Positions 43,242 to 53,369 of a stretch of DNA of 64,000 nt are shown in pieces. Position 1 is the first letter of the stretch; every line of letters starts with the position of its first letter. The position numbers were made by a program, and so were the translations under genes. The stretch is from Rhodospirillaceae bacterium. Its GTDB lineage: Bacteria; Pseudomonadota; Alphaproteobacteria; UBA6615. Under the pieces are notes generated by a model that saw only the letters and a list, made by a program, of their open reading frames with translations, ran no database searches and was not told the DNA's origin. The stretch is taken from positions 128,002-192,001 of the forward strand of contig JABJEK010000038.1 of assembly GCA_018702955.1 (NCBI GenBank), given 5' to 3'.

Positions 43242-44510
43242 TTACCCGCCGATGATGCCCGCCGGCCCCTTCTGGGCATCCGACAGTCCGCTCGGTGCGC
43301 CGATCCGCTCGGGCAGATTAAAGCCACCCTGCATCTGCGCCCCATAGGGGCCGACGCCGCCGTGCTCCGGCACCAGGATTTCACGCTGGTGATCGTCTGA
43401 AATCTTCCCGGCGAACACGTCATTGATCCAGTCGGCGAGGTAGCCATAGAAGTCGATGCCGCCGAAGTTCGGGCGGTTGCGCGGGTTATGGAAATCGTTC
43501 TCGATAACCCACAACTCTTTCGGTGCCGGGACCTTGTCGTAGATCGGCAACACGGTCTCGAGTGGCGCCAGCGGGTCATACTCGCCGGTCACCTGCAGCG
43601 CAGGGCACTTCACGTCAGCAGCCACATCGTCGAGCACCATCTTCGAGGCGAATTCGTCGAACTCGTCCTCGTCATGGATGCCGGCCATATACATGAACAC
43701 CTGTTTGAAGCGCGGCGAGGCCTGCTCGAAGATCGCGGTCTTGGGGCCGTAGCAGGCCGCCGCCGTGGCGACCGCCTTGACCCGCTTGTCGAGCGCGGCC
43801 ATGCGCATGCCCCAATAGGAGCCCATGGAGAAACCGGACACGGCGATCCGGTCGGGATCGACTTCGGGACGTTTGACCAGATAATCGATGGCCGCCGACC
43901 CGGCGCGCTCGTAATTGTCGAGGGTGACGCGAATCTTGCGGATGTTGCTCGTGCCCTGCCCCGGGCCGTCCAGATGCAGGCAGTTCAGGCCGCGCTCCAC
44001 GAAAGGGTGGCGCAGCGGGTCGACGAAGGCTTCCTTGGTCATGTCCATGCCCGGGCAGAACACAACCGTCGGCGCTTTCTCGGCGCCCGGCACCATGTGC
44101 AGGACGCCCTGGATGAAGTTGCCCTCGAACGGGATCTCGACCCGCTCGATCGGGTGGGACGAATGCTCCATCACCTTGCCGAAACATTTGAGCAGCATGT
44201 CGTGCAGGTAAATCTTCTCGGGATTGTCGTCCTCGAAGATCGTGTGCTGGGCCTCGCGGTAGTGCTCACTGGCAACCCAATACAGCTCGGCAGCGGTCTT
44301 TGTGTGGCCGGCCTTCTCGGCCTCCTCCGCGATCGCCACAACATGGCGGGCATGCTTGTCGACGACCCGGTGAATCTGTGCGTACGACTTCACCTCCGGC
44401 GGAATGACCCGGTTATCGTATGCGAAGTTCTGCACCCGGCCCGTGGTCTTGATGACCCAGTCCAGCATCCACTGCTGATTATCGCGACGACGTTCGGTTT
44501 TTTTCGACAT
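43242..44510 (-). CDS. alpha/beta hydrolase of the FrsA / 2,6-dihydroxypseudooxynicotine-hydrolase-like family, copy A
   Basis: ATG at 44508-44510. 422 aa. PIERVEIPFEG...GFSMGSYWG...DEDEFDEFAS. Paralogue of 60013..61251. Family assignment from memory, tentative. Confidence 0.7.
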   Translation of the reverse strand: MSKKTERRRDNQQWMLDWVIKTTGRVQNFAYDNRVIPPEVKSYAQIHRVVDKHARHVVAIAEEAEKAGHTKTAAELYWVASEHYREAQHTIFEDDNPEKIYLHDMLLKCFGKVMEHSSHPIERVEIPFEGNFIQGVLHMVPGAEKAPTVVFCPGMDMTKEAFVDPLRHPFVERGLNCLHLDGPGQGTSNIRKIRVTLDNYERAGSAAIDYLVKRPEVDPDRIAVSGFSMGSYWGMRMAALDKRVKAVATAAACYGPKTAIFEQASPRFKQVFMYMAGIHDEDEFDEFASKMVLDDVAADVKCPALQVTGEYDPLAPLETVLPIYDKVPAPKELWVIENDFHNPRNRPNFGGIDFYGYLADWINDVFAGKISDDHQREILVPEHGGVGPYGAQMQGGFNLPERIGAPSGLSDAQKGPAGIIGG

Positions 44511-44576
44511 CTGGCTTCCCCCATTTTTGCCCACCGACGGCACTTGTGCGGCGGTTTCCTGCGTGTCTCTATACAT

Positions 44577-44610
44577 CCGTGGTGCGTGTCTGAACAGACG
44601 CTCACCACGG
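44577..44610. promoter_or_regulatory. nested palindrome CCGTGGTG-cgtGTCTGaaCAGACgct-CACCACGG in divergent promoter
   Basis: 8-bp perfect inverted arms flanking an internal GTCTG/CAGAC palindrome. Sits between the divergently transcribed hydrolase (start 44510) and MFS gene (start 44649). Confidence 0.35.
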
Positions 44611-44648
44611 CGCACAATTCCCGCCATCCAATCCGGTTTCGCTACTGA

Positions 44649-45845
44649 ATGTCCAGCCCCCGCAACATAAAACTGGTCCTCATCCTGGCCCTGGTATCCG
44701 GGCTCGGGCCGATCACGATTCACGTTATCCTGCCGGTCCTGCCGGAAATCCAGCGGGTGTTCACAGCCAGCAGTGCCGTCACCCAATTCACGCTCACGCT
44801 CGGGGTCCTCGCCATGGCGGTATCGACCATCGGCTACGGGCCGGCGGCGGACACGTTCGGGCGCAAACCGGTACTGGTCGTTGGCCTCATACTGTTCATT
44901 GTCGGCAGCGGCATCTGCATCTGGTCGCCGACGATCGAGGCGCTGATCTTCGGTCGCATCGTACAGGCGGTCGGCGGGGCCGCAGGCATGGTTGTCGCCC
45001 GCGCTACCATCCGCGACATGTTCAGCCGCGAGGATTCCGCCCGCATGATCGGGCAAGTTATGTCGATCGTGGTGATCTCGCCCATCATCTCTCCCGTGAT
45101 CGGCGGGTTCATCGTGCAGTTCGCAGGCTGGCAATATGTTTTCATCCTCACCACGATCATGGGTGCGGTGACGCTTGTGTTTGCCCTGCCCAGCATTCCC
45201 GAGACCCGTGTCGCGAATGCGCAAACAAGTTCCCTTGCGCACACGTTTCGCGCGTTTCCGGGCTTGCTGCGCGACCCGGCCTTCCTGGCCTATGCCGGCT
45301 ATGCAGGTTGCGGCATGGGCATGTTCATGGTGGTCGCCGGCGGTGTTCCCTTCCTGATGGCGGATGTATTCGATCGCACACCGGCCGCATTCGGGCTGTT
45401 CTTCATGATGATGAGCGGCAGCTTCCTCGTCGGTACGGTCATCAGTTCGCGCATCACCGTGCGCGTGGGCCTGGACCGCATGGTCCGCATCGGCAGCACC
45501 GGGGCGATGGCCGCATCGCTGTTTGTCCCCGCGCTCTTTTTCGCCGGCATCCAGACACCATGGGCCATCTTCCTGCCCGGGATATTCGTGGGCATCTTCC
45601 ATGGGTTGGCGATGCCGAATGCCCAGGCCGGCGCGGTCAGCGTTAATCCCCAGGTGGCCGGTTCCGCATCGGGCCTCACCATGTTCTTGCAGATGTCCAT
45701 CGGCGCAGCATTCGGACAGGCCGCGGGCATGCTGCCGCACGATTCTGCACTCCCCGTTGCCATCCTGATCGGTATCGCCGGGCTGGGCGGATACCTCGCC
45801 TATAATGGGACCTTGTTTTTCGCCCGCTGGAGGAACATTCCATGA
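44649..45845 (+). CDS. MFS transporter, Bcr/CflA drug-efflux subfamily
   Basis: 398 aa, 12 TM segments, G..GRKPVL motif. Confidence 0.85.
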   Translation: MSSPRNIKLVLILALVSGLGPITIHVILPVLPEIQRVFTASSAVTQFTLTLGVLAMAVSTIGYGPAADTFGRKPVLVVGLILFIVGSGICIWSPTIEALIFGRIVQAVGGAAGMVVARATIRDMFSREDSARMIGQVMSIVVISPIISPVIGGFIVQFAGWQYVFILTTIMGAVTLVFALPSIPETRVANAQTSSLAHTFRAFPGLLRDPAFLAYAGYAGCGMGMFMVVAGGVPFLMADVFDRTPAAFGLFFMMMSGSFLVGTVISSRITVRVGLDRMVRIGSTGAMAASLFVPALFFAGIQTPWAIFLPGIFVGIFHGLAMPNAQAGAVSVNPQVAGSASGLTMFLQMSIGAAFGQAAGMLPHDSALPVAILIGIAGLGGYLAYNGTLFFARWRNIP

Positions 45846-46537
45846 AGACCCTATTCATCGCATTAGCCGGCCTTCTTCTTGCCGTCGTGGCGCCGTTGCC
45901 TGCTCACGCGCAAGTGCCGCCGGGCTAGAACGAGATCGAGGCTTATGACGGGCTGTTCCGGGCTGCCGCTAACGGTGATGTCGACGCCATCAACCGGCTG
46001 GTTACCGAGGGGGCGAAGCTAAACGCACGCGATGGCCGCAAACGCACGCCCCTGATGGTCGCCGCACACCTGCGCCAGTACGACGCCGCGCGCGCCCTGA
46101 TCGCAGCCGGTGCGAACGTCGACGCATTCGATGCCGACCGGTATGACGTGATCACGATCGCCGCAGTGGCCGATGACCCTCAAATGCTGCGCATCGCGAT
46201 CGCAGGTGGTGCCAACACCAGCCTGGTAACAAGCATCTATGACGGCACCGCGCTGATCGCCGCAGCACATCTGGGCCATGACGAAGTGGTGCGTACCCTG
46301 ATCCAGTTTGACGCGCCGCTGGACCACATCAACAATCTGGACTGGACGGCGCTGATCGAGGCGATCGTTCTGGGCGACGGCGGGCCGCGCCATGTCGCGA
46401 CCGTCAGGGCGCTCGTCGATGCCGGTGCGGATGTGGACATTGCCGACGGGCGCGGCGTCCGCCCACTCAGCCTCGCGCGCCAACGCGGCTATGCCGAAAT
46501 CATCGAAATTCTGGAGGCGGCAGGCGCCAAACCCTGA
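45842..46537 (+). pseudogene. secreted ankyrin-repeat protein interrupted by an in-frame TAG (45926-45928) between the signal peptide and the first repeat
   Basis: ATG 45842 overlaps the MFS stop (ATGA). MKTLFIALAGLLLAVVAPLPAHAQVPPG-TAG-NEIEAYDGLFRAAANGDVDAINRLVTEGAKLNARDGRKRTPLMVAAH... all in one frame. ORF track only shows the 160-aa downstream part. Confidence 0.6.
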
Positions 46538-46574
46538 TGCCCTCTCCGACTTGCATGCATAGAAGGACCCCAGC

Positions 46575-47180
46575 ATGAACACTGAACTCGAAGACCGGCT
46601 AAGCATAAGAGCCCTTGTGGAGAACTGGGTCGTGTGGCGCGATGCCGGCATGTGGGACCGGTTCCGTACGGTCTGGCACGACGACGGGGTGATGGTCGCC
46701 ACCTGGAAACAAGGCACGGCGGACGAGTTCATTGCCATGAGCCGCGCCGGTTTCGAGAACGGCATCAACGTCCATCATTTCCTCGGCGGCAATTCCATCG
46801 ACCTGGCGGGCGATCGGGCCATCTCCATGACCAAGATGACCATCGCGCAGCGCGCCGAAGTTCATGACGTGTTGGTCGACGTGGTCTGCACCGGCCGCTT
46901 CTATGACTTCTTCGAACGTCGTGACGGGCGCTGGGGCCTCGTCCTGCGCCAGCCGATCTATGAGAAGGACCGGATGGACCCGGTCGACCCCGCGGCCGAT
47001 CTCGAACTCGAGAAGGGCGTCCTCGATTCCTATCCCGAGGGCTATCGGCACCTGGCCTATCTTCAGTCGCGCAACGGCATGGATGTGAAGCGCGACCTGC
47101 CCGGCGTGCGCGGTCCCGAGGTTGAAGCTCTTTATACCAGAGGCCAAGCCTGGCTCGACGGTGCGGACTCGCCGTTTTGA
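46575..47180 (+). CDS. NTF2-like (SnoaL/limonene-epoxide-hydrolase-like) small protein
   Basis: 201 aa. Fold assignment is weak. Confidence 0.45.
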   Translation: MNTELEDRLSIRALVENWVVWRDAGMWDRFRTVWHDDGVMVATWKQGTADEFIAMSRAGFENGINVHHFLGGNSIDLAGDRAISMTKMTIAQRAEVHDVLVDVVCTGRFYDFFERRDGRWGLVLRQPIYEKDRMDPVDPAADLELEKGVLDSYPEGYRHLAYLQSRNGMDVKRDLPGVRGPEVEALYTRGQAWLDGADSPF

Positions 47181-47225
47181 ACAACACCCATTAGTCTGTC
47201 GGCGTTTTCTCGGAGGAATTTGAAT

Positions 47226-49541
47226 ATGCAGTTCGGTATTGGCCAGTCGGTCCGTCGCAAGGAAGATCCTAAGTTTCTGACCGGCCGGGGGCGTTATGTC
47301 TCCGACATGGTGTTGGCCCGCCAATCCCATGCCGTCTTCCTCTATTCCCCGTACGCGCATGCGGACATCAAATCGATCGATACGTCCGGTGCCGAAGCCG
47401 CGCCTGGCGTGATTGCCGTCCTGACGGGCGCCGACTATGTGGGCGACGGGATGGGGCCGACCGGCGGCGTCATGCCCGAAGACATGGGTGGGCCTCCCGG
47501 ACACCGGACCATGCATATGCCGCTTGCGGTTGACCGGGTGCGGTTCGTCGGTGAACGCGTGGCTGTGGTGATTGCCGAAAGCGAGGACCAGGCACGTGAT
47601 GCCGCCGAGCATGTGATCATCGACTATGCCGACCTGCCGGCTGTCGTCATGGCCGCCGACGCCGTCAAGGACGGCGCGCCGCTGGTCCATGACGAGGCGG
47701 AGAACAACGTCAGCTTCACCCTGCGCCTCGGCAACGGGGACGAGACCGACGCCGCGATCAAGGGCGCCCACCATGTGACGCGCATCAAACTCCACAACAA
47801 TCGCCTCGACGCGATGACCATGGAACCGCGCGGCTGTCTGGGTGAATTCGACACGAGCACAGGCCGCCTCACCTTTTATACAAGCACGCAAAACGTGCAT
47901 GGCATCCGCCAGGGCCTCGCGGCCCAGAATCTGAACGTGCCCGAAAGCATGATCCGCGTCGTCGCGAAGGATGTCGGCGGCGGGTTCGGCATGAAGGGTC
48001 ATGTCTATCCCGAAGAGGCTGTCGTCGCCTGGGCCTGCAAGCGTGTCGAACGCCCGGTGAAGTGGATCGCGACGCGCAGCGAAGCGATGATGGGTGACGA
48101 TCACGGGCGCGACCAGACCGTCGAGGTGGAATTGGCGCTCGACGAGAACGGCAAATTCACAGCGCTGCGCTGGCACGCCCTGCACAATGTCGGCGCCTAT
48201 ATCGAGGGCGCGGGGGCAATTCCCGTTCTGTTCGCGGTCAAGCTGGCACCGACCGTCTACAACATTCCCAACGTGGACGTGATCAACAAGGCTGTCTTCT
48301 CCAACACCTCCCCGACCGTGCCTTACCGAGGTGCGGGCCGGCCTGAGGCGGTCTACATCATGGAGCGGGTGGTCGATGCGGCCGCGCGCGAGACCGGGAT
48401 CGACCGGGCCGAGCTGCGGCGGATCAACTTCATCACACCCGAGGAAATGCCTCATTCGACCCTTACGGGCTGGACCTACGACACCGGCGATTATGCGACC
48501 GCCCTCGAAAAAGCACAGGGTATTGCCGACTGGGACGGATACAACGCACGCAAGGCTGCGACGGAAGCCAAGGGTCTAAAACGCGGCCTGGGGCTCGTCT
48601 ATTACGTCGACAACACCGGCATCTTCAACGAACGCATGGAGATCCGTTTCGACCCGAGCGGCACGGTCACGATCGTGTCCGGCGTGCTCTCGCATGGTCA
48701 GGGCCACGAGACGTCATTCTCCCAGATGCTGGCGGAATGGCTGGATATCCCGATCGAGGATGTCCGGCTGGCCCAGGCGGACACAGATGAGGTGGCCATC
48801 GGCCGCGGCACCTACGCATCGCGCTCCATGATGGTTGGCGGCAGCGCGCTCCGCGCGGCGGCGGACGAAGTTATCGAGCGCGGCAAGAAGTTCGCGGCGC
48901 ACTTCATGGAGTCCGACGCGGCCGATATCGAATTTAGCGACGGCAAATTCACGATCGCAGGCACCGACAAGGAAATGCCCCTCAAACAGGTGGCGCAGAT
49001 GTCGTTCATGCCGGTCCATGTCCCGAGCGAACTGGGTGTCGGACTGCAGGGTGTCGGCGCGTTCGCCGCGGAGGTGCCCAGCTTCCCCAACGGCTGCCAT
49101 ATCGGCGAGGTCGAGATCGATCCCGATACGGGTGCCGTACGCATCGATCGCTACACGGTCGTCGATGACATCGGCACGGTGATCAACCCGTTGCTCGCGC
49201 AGGCCCAGATCCATGGCGGCGTGGTGCAAGGCGTCGGACAGGCACTTCTTGAGGATGTCGCTTATGATCCGGAAAGTGGCCAGCTCCTTGCGGGCTCACT
49301 CATGGACTATGGCGTGCCCCGCGCGGACCTGATGCCCGAAATCAACGTCGATTTCAGTCCGGTATTCAGCAAATCGAACCCGCTCGGCGCGAAAGGCGTC
49401 GGCGAAGGTGGCACGGTCGCCGGCACGCCGACGATCGTCAACGCGATCCTCGATGCCCTGGCGGAATATGGCGTGCGGGAAATCGATACGCCGGTCACCC
49501 CGCAGCGGATCTGGCAGGCGATCCGGAAATCCGGCAGCTAG
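47226..49541 (+). CDS. xanthine dehydrogenase / aldehyde oxidase / CoxL-family molybdopterin-binding large subunit, with no small or medium subunit genes nearby
   Basis: ATG at 47226 after GGAGGA. QFGIGQSVRRKEDPKFLTGRGRYVSD...GGGFG... About 771 aa. Confidence 0.85.
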   Translation: MQFGIGQSVRRKEDPKFLTGRGRYVSDMVLARQSHAVFLYSPYAHADIKSIDTSGAEAAPGVIAVLTGADYVGDGMGPTGGVMPEDMGGPPGHRTMHMPLAVDRVRFVGERVAVVIAESEDQARDAAEHVIIDYADLPAVVMAADAVKDGAPLVHDEAENNVSFTLRLGNGDETDAAIKGAHHVTRIKLHNNRLDAMTMEPRGCLGEFDTSTGRLTFYTSTQNVHGIRQGLAAQNLNVPESMIRVVAKDVGGGFGMKGHVYPEEAVVAWACKRVERPVKWIATRSEAMMGDDHGRDQTVEVELALDENGKFTALRWHALHNVGAYIEGAGAIPVLFAVKLAPTVYNIPNVDVINKAVFSNTSPTVPYRGAGRPEAVYIMERVVDAAARETGIDRAELRRINFITPEEMPHSTLTGWTYDTGDYATALEKAQGIADWDGYNARKAATEAKGLKRGLGLVYYVDNTGIFNERMEIRFDPSGTVTIVSGVLSHGQGHETSFSQMLAEWLDIPIEDVRLAQADTDEVAIGRGTYASRSMMVGGSALRAAADEVIERGKKFAAHFMESDAADIEFSDGKFTIAGTDKEMPLKQVAQMSFMPVHVPSELGVGLQGVGAFAAEVPSFPNGCHIGEVEIDPDTGAVRIDRYTVVDDIGTVINPLLAQAQIHGGVVQGVGQALLEDVAYDPESGQLLAGSLMDYGVPRADLMPEINVDFSPVFSKSNPLGAKGVGEGGTVAGTPTIVNAILDALAEYGVREIDTPVTPQRIWQAIRKSGS

Positions 49542-49803
49542 GTCCCCCGCGCAATTGATGCGTGGCCGACACATGACACGTGCTTGGCAAGGCGAATAGG
49601 CATCGCCCGCGTGGCTGGCGTTGCCTGGAAGCCGTGCCCACCTTGCGTTCAAGCCTCACGTCATAGTGAACGGAAGGTGGGGACGAAATCGGCCCCAATT
49701 GCCCTGTTCCAGACATGAAAAGGTTGATATCGGCCATCAACCTATGGATAGTACGTGAATAATAACCGTCTTATATAAAACCAAGCCTGCCAGGGAGGGT
49801 ACC

Positions 49804-50823
49804 TTGTTCAAATCATTGAGGTATCTCGCAATTGCAGCTGCGGCGTTGCCGTTTGTTGCGACTGCCAATACGGCGAGTGCACAGGATCTCGTCGTCGCCG
49901 CCGCCGGCAATCCCGGCGGTCTTGCTGTTTTCGTGGCCCAGGAAAAGGGTTTCTTCGCGAAGAACGGCGTCGACGTGAAGGTCGAAATTCGCAACACCGG
50001 CTCGGAGCTCTCCAAGGGCCTGCGCGCGGGCGATTTTGACTTCGCACCGGCCGCCTTCACCAACCTGGGTGCCGCTCTCGAGCGTGGCCTGGATGTCCGC
50101 GGCATTGTCGGCTATGTCGGCGCGGCGTTCGAGAAATCCACCTCTGACGCAGTCGTTGCGCTCATCGCGGGCCCCAATTCCGGCATCAACTCGGTTGCGG
50201 ACCTTAAAGGCAAAAAGGTCGGCGTGACGTTCGGTTCGACCGGCGACGTTTGGCTGCTTCAGGCCCTGAAGCAAGCTGGTCTGAGCTCCAATGACGTCGA
50301 TCGCGTCAACACCCGCCCGCCGGGCCTCGTGTCCGTACTCGACACCGGTGGCGTGGATGCCATTGTTGGCTGGGAGCCGTTCAACTTCCGCGCCCTGCAA
50401 AAGGTCGCAGGTTCCAAGGAAGTCAAGCGTGGCGGCGACCTCGTTTGCTTCTGTGCTTATCTGCACGGCAACCCGGAAAGTGTCTACAAGGACGAAGCGG
50501 CAACGCAGAAGCTTGTGGACGCCATGTCCGAGGCCGCTGCGTATGTGCGCAACCCCGCTAACAAGCAGGAAGTTGCCGAGATCGGCACTCGTTTCGTCAA
50601 CATGACGAAGGAAGAAGTTCTGGCCGGCCTCGATTTCTGGGTCTACGACCCCCGGATCGGTCCGAACACGAGCGCTGCCTTCGAGAACGCCAACGCGCTT
50701 CTTCGCGAGCAGAAGAAGATGAAGAAGCCTTTCCCGGCGGCTGACTATCTGGACTCCAAGTTCATCGAATCGACGATGAAGCGGCATCCGGAGTGGTTCG
50801 CTGACCTTGGCGGCGCAAGCTAA
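49804..50823 (+). CDS. ABC transporter substrate-binding protein, NMT1/THI5-like (NitT/TauT family)
   Basis: TTG start 6 nt after GGGAGGG. Signal peptide MFKSLRYLAIAAAALPFVATANTASAQ. Confidence 0.8.
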   Translation: MFKSLRYLAIAAAALPFVATANTASAQDLVVAAAGNPGGLAVFVAQEKGFFAKNGVDVKVEIRNTGSELSKGLRAGDFDFAPAAFTNLGAALERGLDVRGIVGYVGAAFEKSTSDAVVALIAGPNSGINSVADLKGKKVGVTFGSTGDVWLLQALKQAGLSSNDVDRVNTRPPGLVSVLDTGGVDAIVGWEPFNFRALQKVAGSKEVKRGGDLVCFCAYLHGNPESVYKDEAATQKLVDAMSEAAAYVRNPANKQEVAEIGTRFVNMTKEEVLAGLDFWVYDPRIGPNTSAAFENANALLREQKKMKKPFPAADYLDSKFIESTMKRHPEWFADLGGAS

Positions 50824-50863
50824 GCCGTTAGGTATTTCAGAAGCACATCAATTTTGATGACAT

Positions 50864-50894
50864 GACGGGCGCGAAACTGTTTTTCGCGCCCGTC
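50864..50894 (+). terminator. perfect 13-bp stem-loop GACGGGCGCGAAA-loop-TTTCGCGCCCGTC between the binding-protein and ATPase genes (partial terminator/attenuator)
   Basis: Seen directly at 50864..50894. No U-tract follows, so more likely an mRNA-stabilising or partial-termination hairpin setting SBP:ATPase stoichiometry. Confidence 0.4.
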
Positions 50895-50911
50895 AAACCT
50901 TCAGGAACATC

Positions 50912-51709
50912 ATGACCACCGACGCAAAACTCATCGTTCAGGGGCTCGCCCACCACTACCCCGACGAATACACAGGTGAATCCGTTCACGCGCTGCAGGA
51001 CATCAACCTGCAGATCCACGAGAACGAGTTCGTCGCAATCGTAGGCCCCAGTGGCTGCGGAAAAACGACATTCCTCAACATCATCGCCGGCCTGCTTCCC
51101 TATCGCGAAGGCCGCGCCATGGTGGATGGTGTCGAAATTCGCGGACCGGGCCCGGACCGAGGCGTCGTGTTCCAGGAACACGCGATTCTGCCATGGCGGA
51201 CCGTAAACCGGAACATTGGTCATGGCCTCGAAATACGCAAAGTTCCCAAAGCGGAGCGCGAGCGCCGCGTGCAGGAGTATGTGGACCTGGTCGGCCTGTC
51301 CGGCTTCGAGGACCGCTACCCCCACGAACTATCCGGTGGCATGAAGCAACGTGTCGCCGTGGCCCGCACGCTCTGTGCAGATCCCGTGATTATGCTGATG
51401 GACGAGCCGTTTGCCGCCGTCGATGCACAGACCCGTATCACGCTCCAGGATGAGCTCAACCGGGTCGTCATGGCGACCAAGAAAACCATCCTGTTCATCA
51501 CTCATTCGGTCGAGGAAGCTGCCTTCCTGGGCGATCGCTGCATCGTCTTCTCGCGGCGCCCCGGCATGGTCAAATCCGAGATCAAGATCGATATTCCACG
51601 CGAAGAGCGCTTGTGGAAAGACATGGTGAACAACACCCGCTTCACCGAAGCGCGCGACGAAATCCTGAGCCTGGTGCGCTCGGAGGTCACCAGCGATGTC
51701 GACGGTTGA
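50912..51709 (+). CDS. ABC transporter ATP-binding protein (NitT/TauT family)
   Basis: Walker [23 protein letters not shown] signature, Walker B LLMDEPF. Confidence 0.9.
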   Translation: MTTDAKLIVQGLAHHYPDEYTGESVHALQDINLQIHENEFVAIVGPSGCGKTTFLNIIAGLLPYREGRAMVDGVEIRGPGPDRGVVFQEHAILPWRTVNRNIGHGLEIRKVPKAERERRVQEYVDLVGLSGFEDRYPHELSGGMKQRVAVARTLCADPVIMLMDEPFAAVDAQTRITLQDELNRVVMATKKTILFITHSVEEAAFLGDRCIVFSRRPGMVKSEIKIDIPREERLWKDMVNNTRFTEARDEILSLVRSEVTSDVDG

Positions 51710-52511
51710 TACCGCGCCGATCCGGCGCAAATCTTTCAAGAAAATGGTCACCGACAGCCGGGCGATCCAGCTGGTCATTCTGCTCGTCGGCGTTTTGATC
51801 CTCTGGGCCATCATCTCCGCAGTCATCGAACGCCCGGATCGATACCTTCCCTCGCCGCTCACGACGCTCTTCTCTTCCGTCGACCTGCTGCAAAAGGGCG
51901 TATTGACCAGTTTCTATGCCGACACGCTGACCCGTCTGGTAATCGGTAGCATCCTGGGAATTGGCCTCGGCATTCCGTTCGGCCTGTTGCTCGGCCTGAA
52001 TCGCAACATCGCGGACATGTTCTACCCGCTGATGAATTTCTTCCAGTCTGTGTCGGGTATCGCCATTTTCCCGGTGATCGTCATCTGGTTCGGGAATAGC
52101 AACACGACCGTGATGATCGTGATCCTGTACACGGCCTTCTTCCCGATCGCCTTCAACGTCCTATCCGGCGTTCGCTCGGTGCCAATGCGTTACATCAGCG
52201 CCGCACGCACACTTGGCGCGTCGCGGTTCCAGATCGTGAAAGACGTATTGTTGCCCGGCGCCATGCCTTCGGTCGCCATCGGGTCGCGCCTGTCTATCGG
52301 GTTCGCCTGGCGCGCCGTGATTGCCGGTGAAATGCTCGCGGGCCAGGCGGGCCTCGGCAACATGATCTTCGCGGGTCAGGAACTCGACAACACCGCACAG
52401 ATCATTCTGGGCATGATGCTCATCGGACTGACCTGGATCATGCTGGACCATTATCTACTGCGTCCGCTTGAATCCGATACCATCGAACGCTGGGGGCTCG
52501 TACAACGATGA
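51696..52511 (+). CDS. ABC transporter permease (NitT/TauT family)
   Basis: 271 aa, six TM segments, EAA-like loop. Confidence 0.85.
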   Translation: MSTVDTAPIRRKSFKKMVTDSRAIQLVILLVGVLILWAIISAVIERPDRYLPSPLTTLFSSVDLLQKGVLTSFYADTLTRLVIGSILGIGLGIPFGLLLGLNRNIADMFYPLMNFFQSVSGIAIFPVIVIWFGNSNTTVMIVILYTAFFPIAFNVLSGVRSVPMRYISAARTLGASRFQIVKDVLLPGAMPSVAIGSRLSIGFAWRAVIAGEMLAGQAGLGNMIFAGQELDNTAQIILGMMLIGLTWIMLDHYLLRPLESDTIERWGLVQR

Positions 52512-53368
52512 CCGCCATTAACGAATTTTCAGTTGCCGTTCAGCGCAAATTTGGCCGTCAGCGCCTGCGCAAATTCGGCCTCGGAATCATTCCGTTCATT
52601 GTCCTGATTACCCTGTGGCACATGAACACGATCTTCGTCTGGTTCGATCCGGTGGAAATTCCGCCGATTGCAGATGTCTGGGATGCCATCTTCTGGCTCC
52701 AAAGCGATTGCCCGGGGATTCTCGCCGCTATTGAAGGCCACAATGGCTGCCAGTTGACCAACAACATCTCTTCGTCAATCGCCCGTGTGATCCTGGCGAT
52801 GGCTGTCGGTGTTCCGCTGGGTGTCGCATTCGGCATCATGGCCGGCATGAACCGCGTTGTTTCGGCTTATCTTGAGCCAATTGGCGTGTTCATGAACTCG
52901 GTCTCCGGCATTGCCTGGATCCCGCTCGCCATTGTCTGGTTCGGTGTGGGCTGGGAAACCACCCTCTTCATCATGCTGAACACGATCTTCTGGTTGCTGT
53001 TCTTCAATACGATGATGGGCGTACGCGCCGTACCAAAGGTTCTCATCCAGGGCGTATATACGCTGGGCGGAAACCGGCTCGACGCGATCCTGCAAGTCTA
53101 CCTGCCGGGGGCAATGACCTCGATTATCACCGGCCTGCGCATGTCCATGGGATTCGGCTGGCGCGCGTTGATTGCGGCCGAGATGATCGGCGGCGACAGT
53201 GGGCTGGGCTTCATGATTTTCGTATCGTCCGCAGAGTTCAAGACCGAGGAAGTCTTCCTCGGCGTGATCCTGATCTCCCTTATTTTCCTCGCGACCGACC
53301 GATGGATTCTCGTGCCACTTGAGAAGTGGACCATCGAGCGGTGGGGCCTGGTCTGGAAGCCTACTTGA
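52508..53368 (+). CDS. ABC transporter permease, second subunit
   Basis: 286 aa, paralogous to 51696..52511. Confidence 0.85.
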   Translation: MTAINEFSVAVQRKFGRQRLRKFGLGIIPFIVLITLWHMNTIFVWFDPVEIPPIADVWDAIFWLQSDCPGILAAIEGHNGCQLTNNISSSIARVILAMAVGVPLGVAFGIMAGMNRVVSAYLEPIGVFMNSVSGIAWIPLAIVWFGVGWETTLFIMLNTIFWLLFFNTMMGVRAVPKVLIQGVYTLGGNRLDAILQVYLPGAMTSIITGLRMSMGFGWRALIAAEMIGGDSGLGFMIFVSSAEFKTEEVFLGVILISLIFLATDRWILVPLEKWTIERWGLVWKPT

Positions 53369-53369
53369 T

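Noticed and set aside
43242-45740. 832-aa minus-strand ORF spanning the hydrolase and MFS regions
   Set aside because: Real gene is the 422-aa hydrolase from ATG 44510. The remainder is antisense shadow of the MFS transporter.
49542-49803. TPP riboswitch in the long leader upstream of the NMT1/THI5-like binding protein (ThiY-like proteins are often TPP-regulated)
   Set aside because: The conserved CUGAGA and ACCUGAUCUGGAUAAUGCCAGCG elements of the THI box are absent by eye. Only a short inverted repeat is present.
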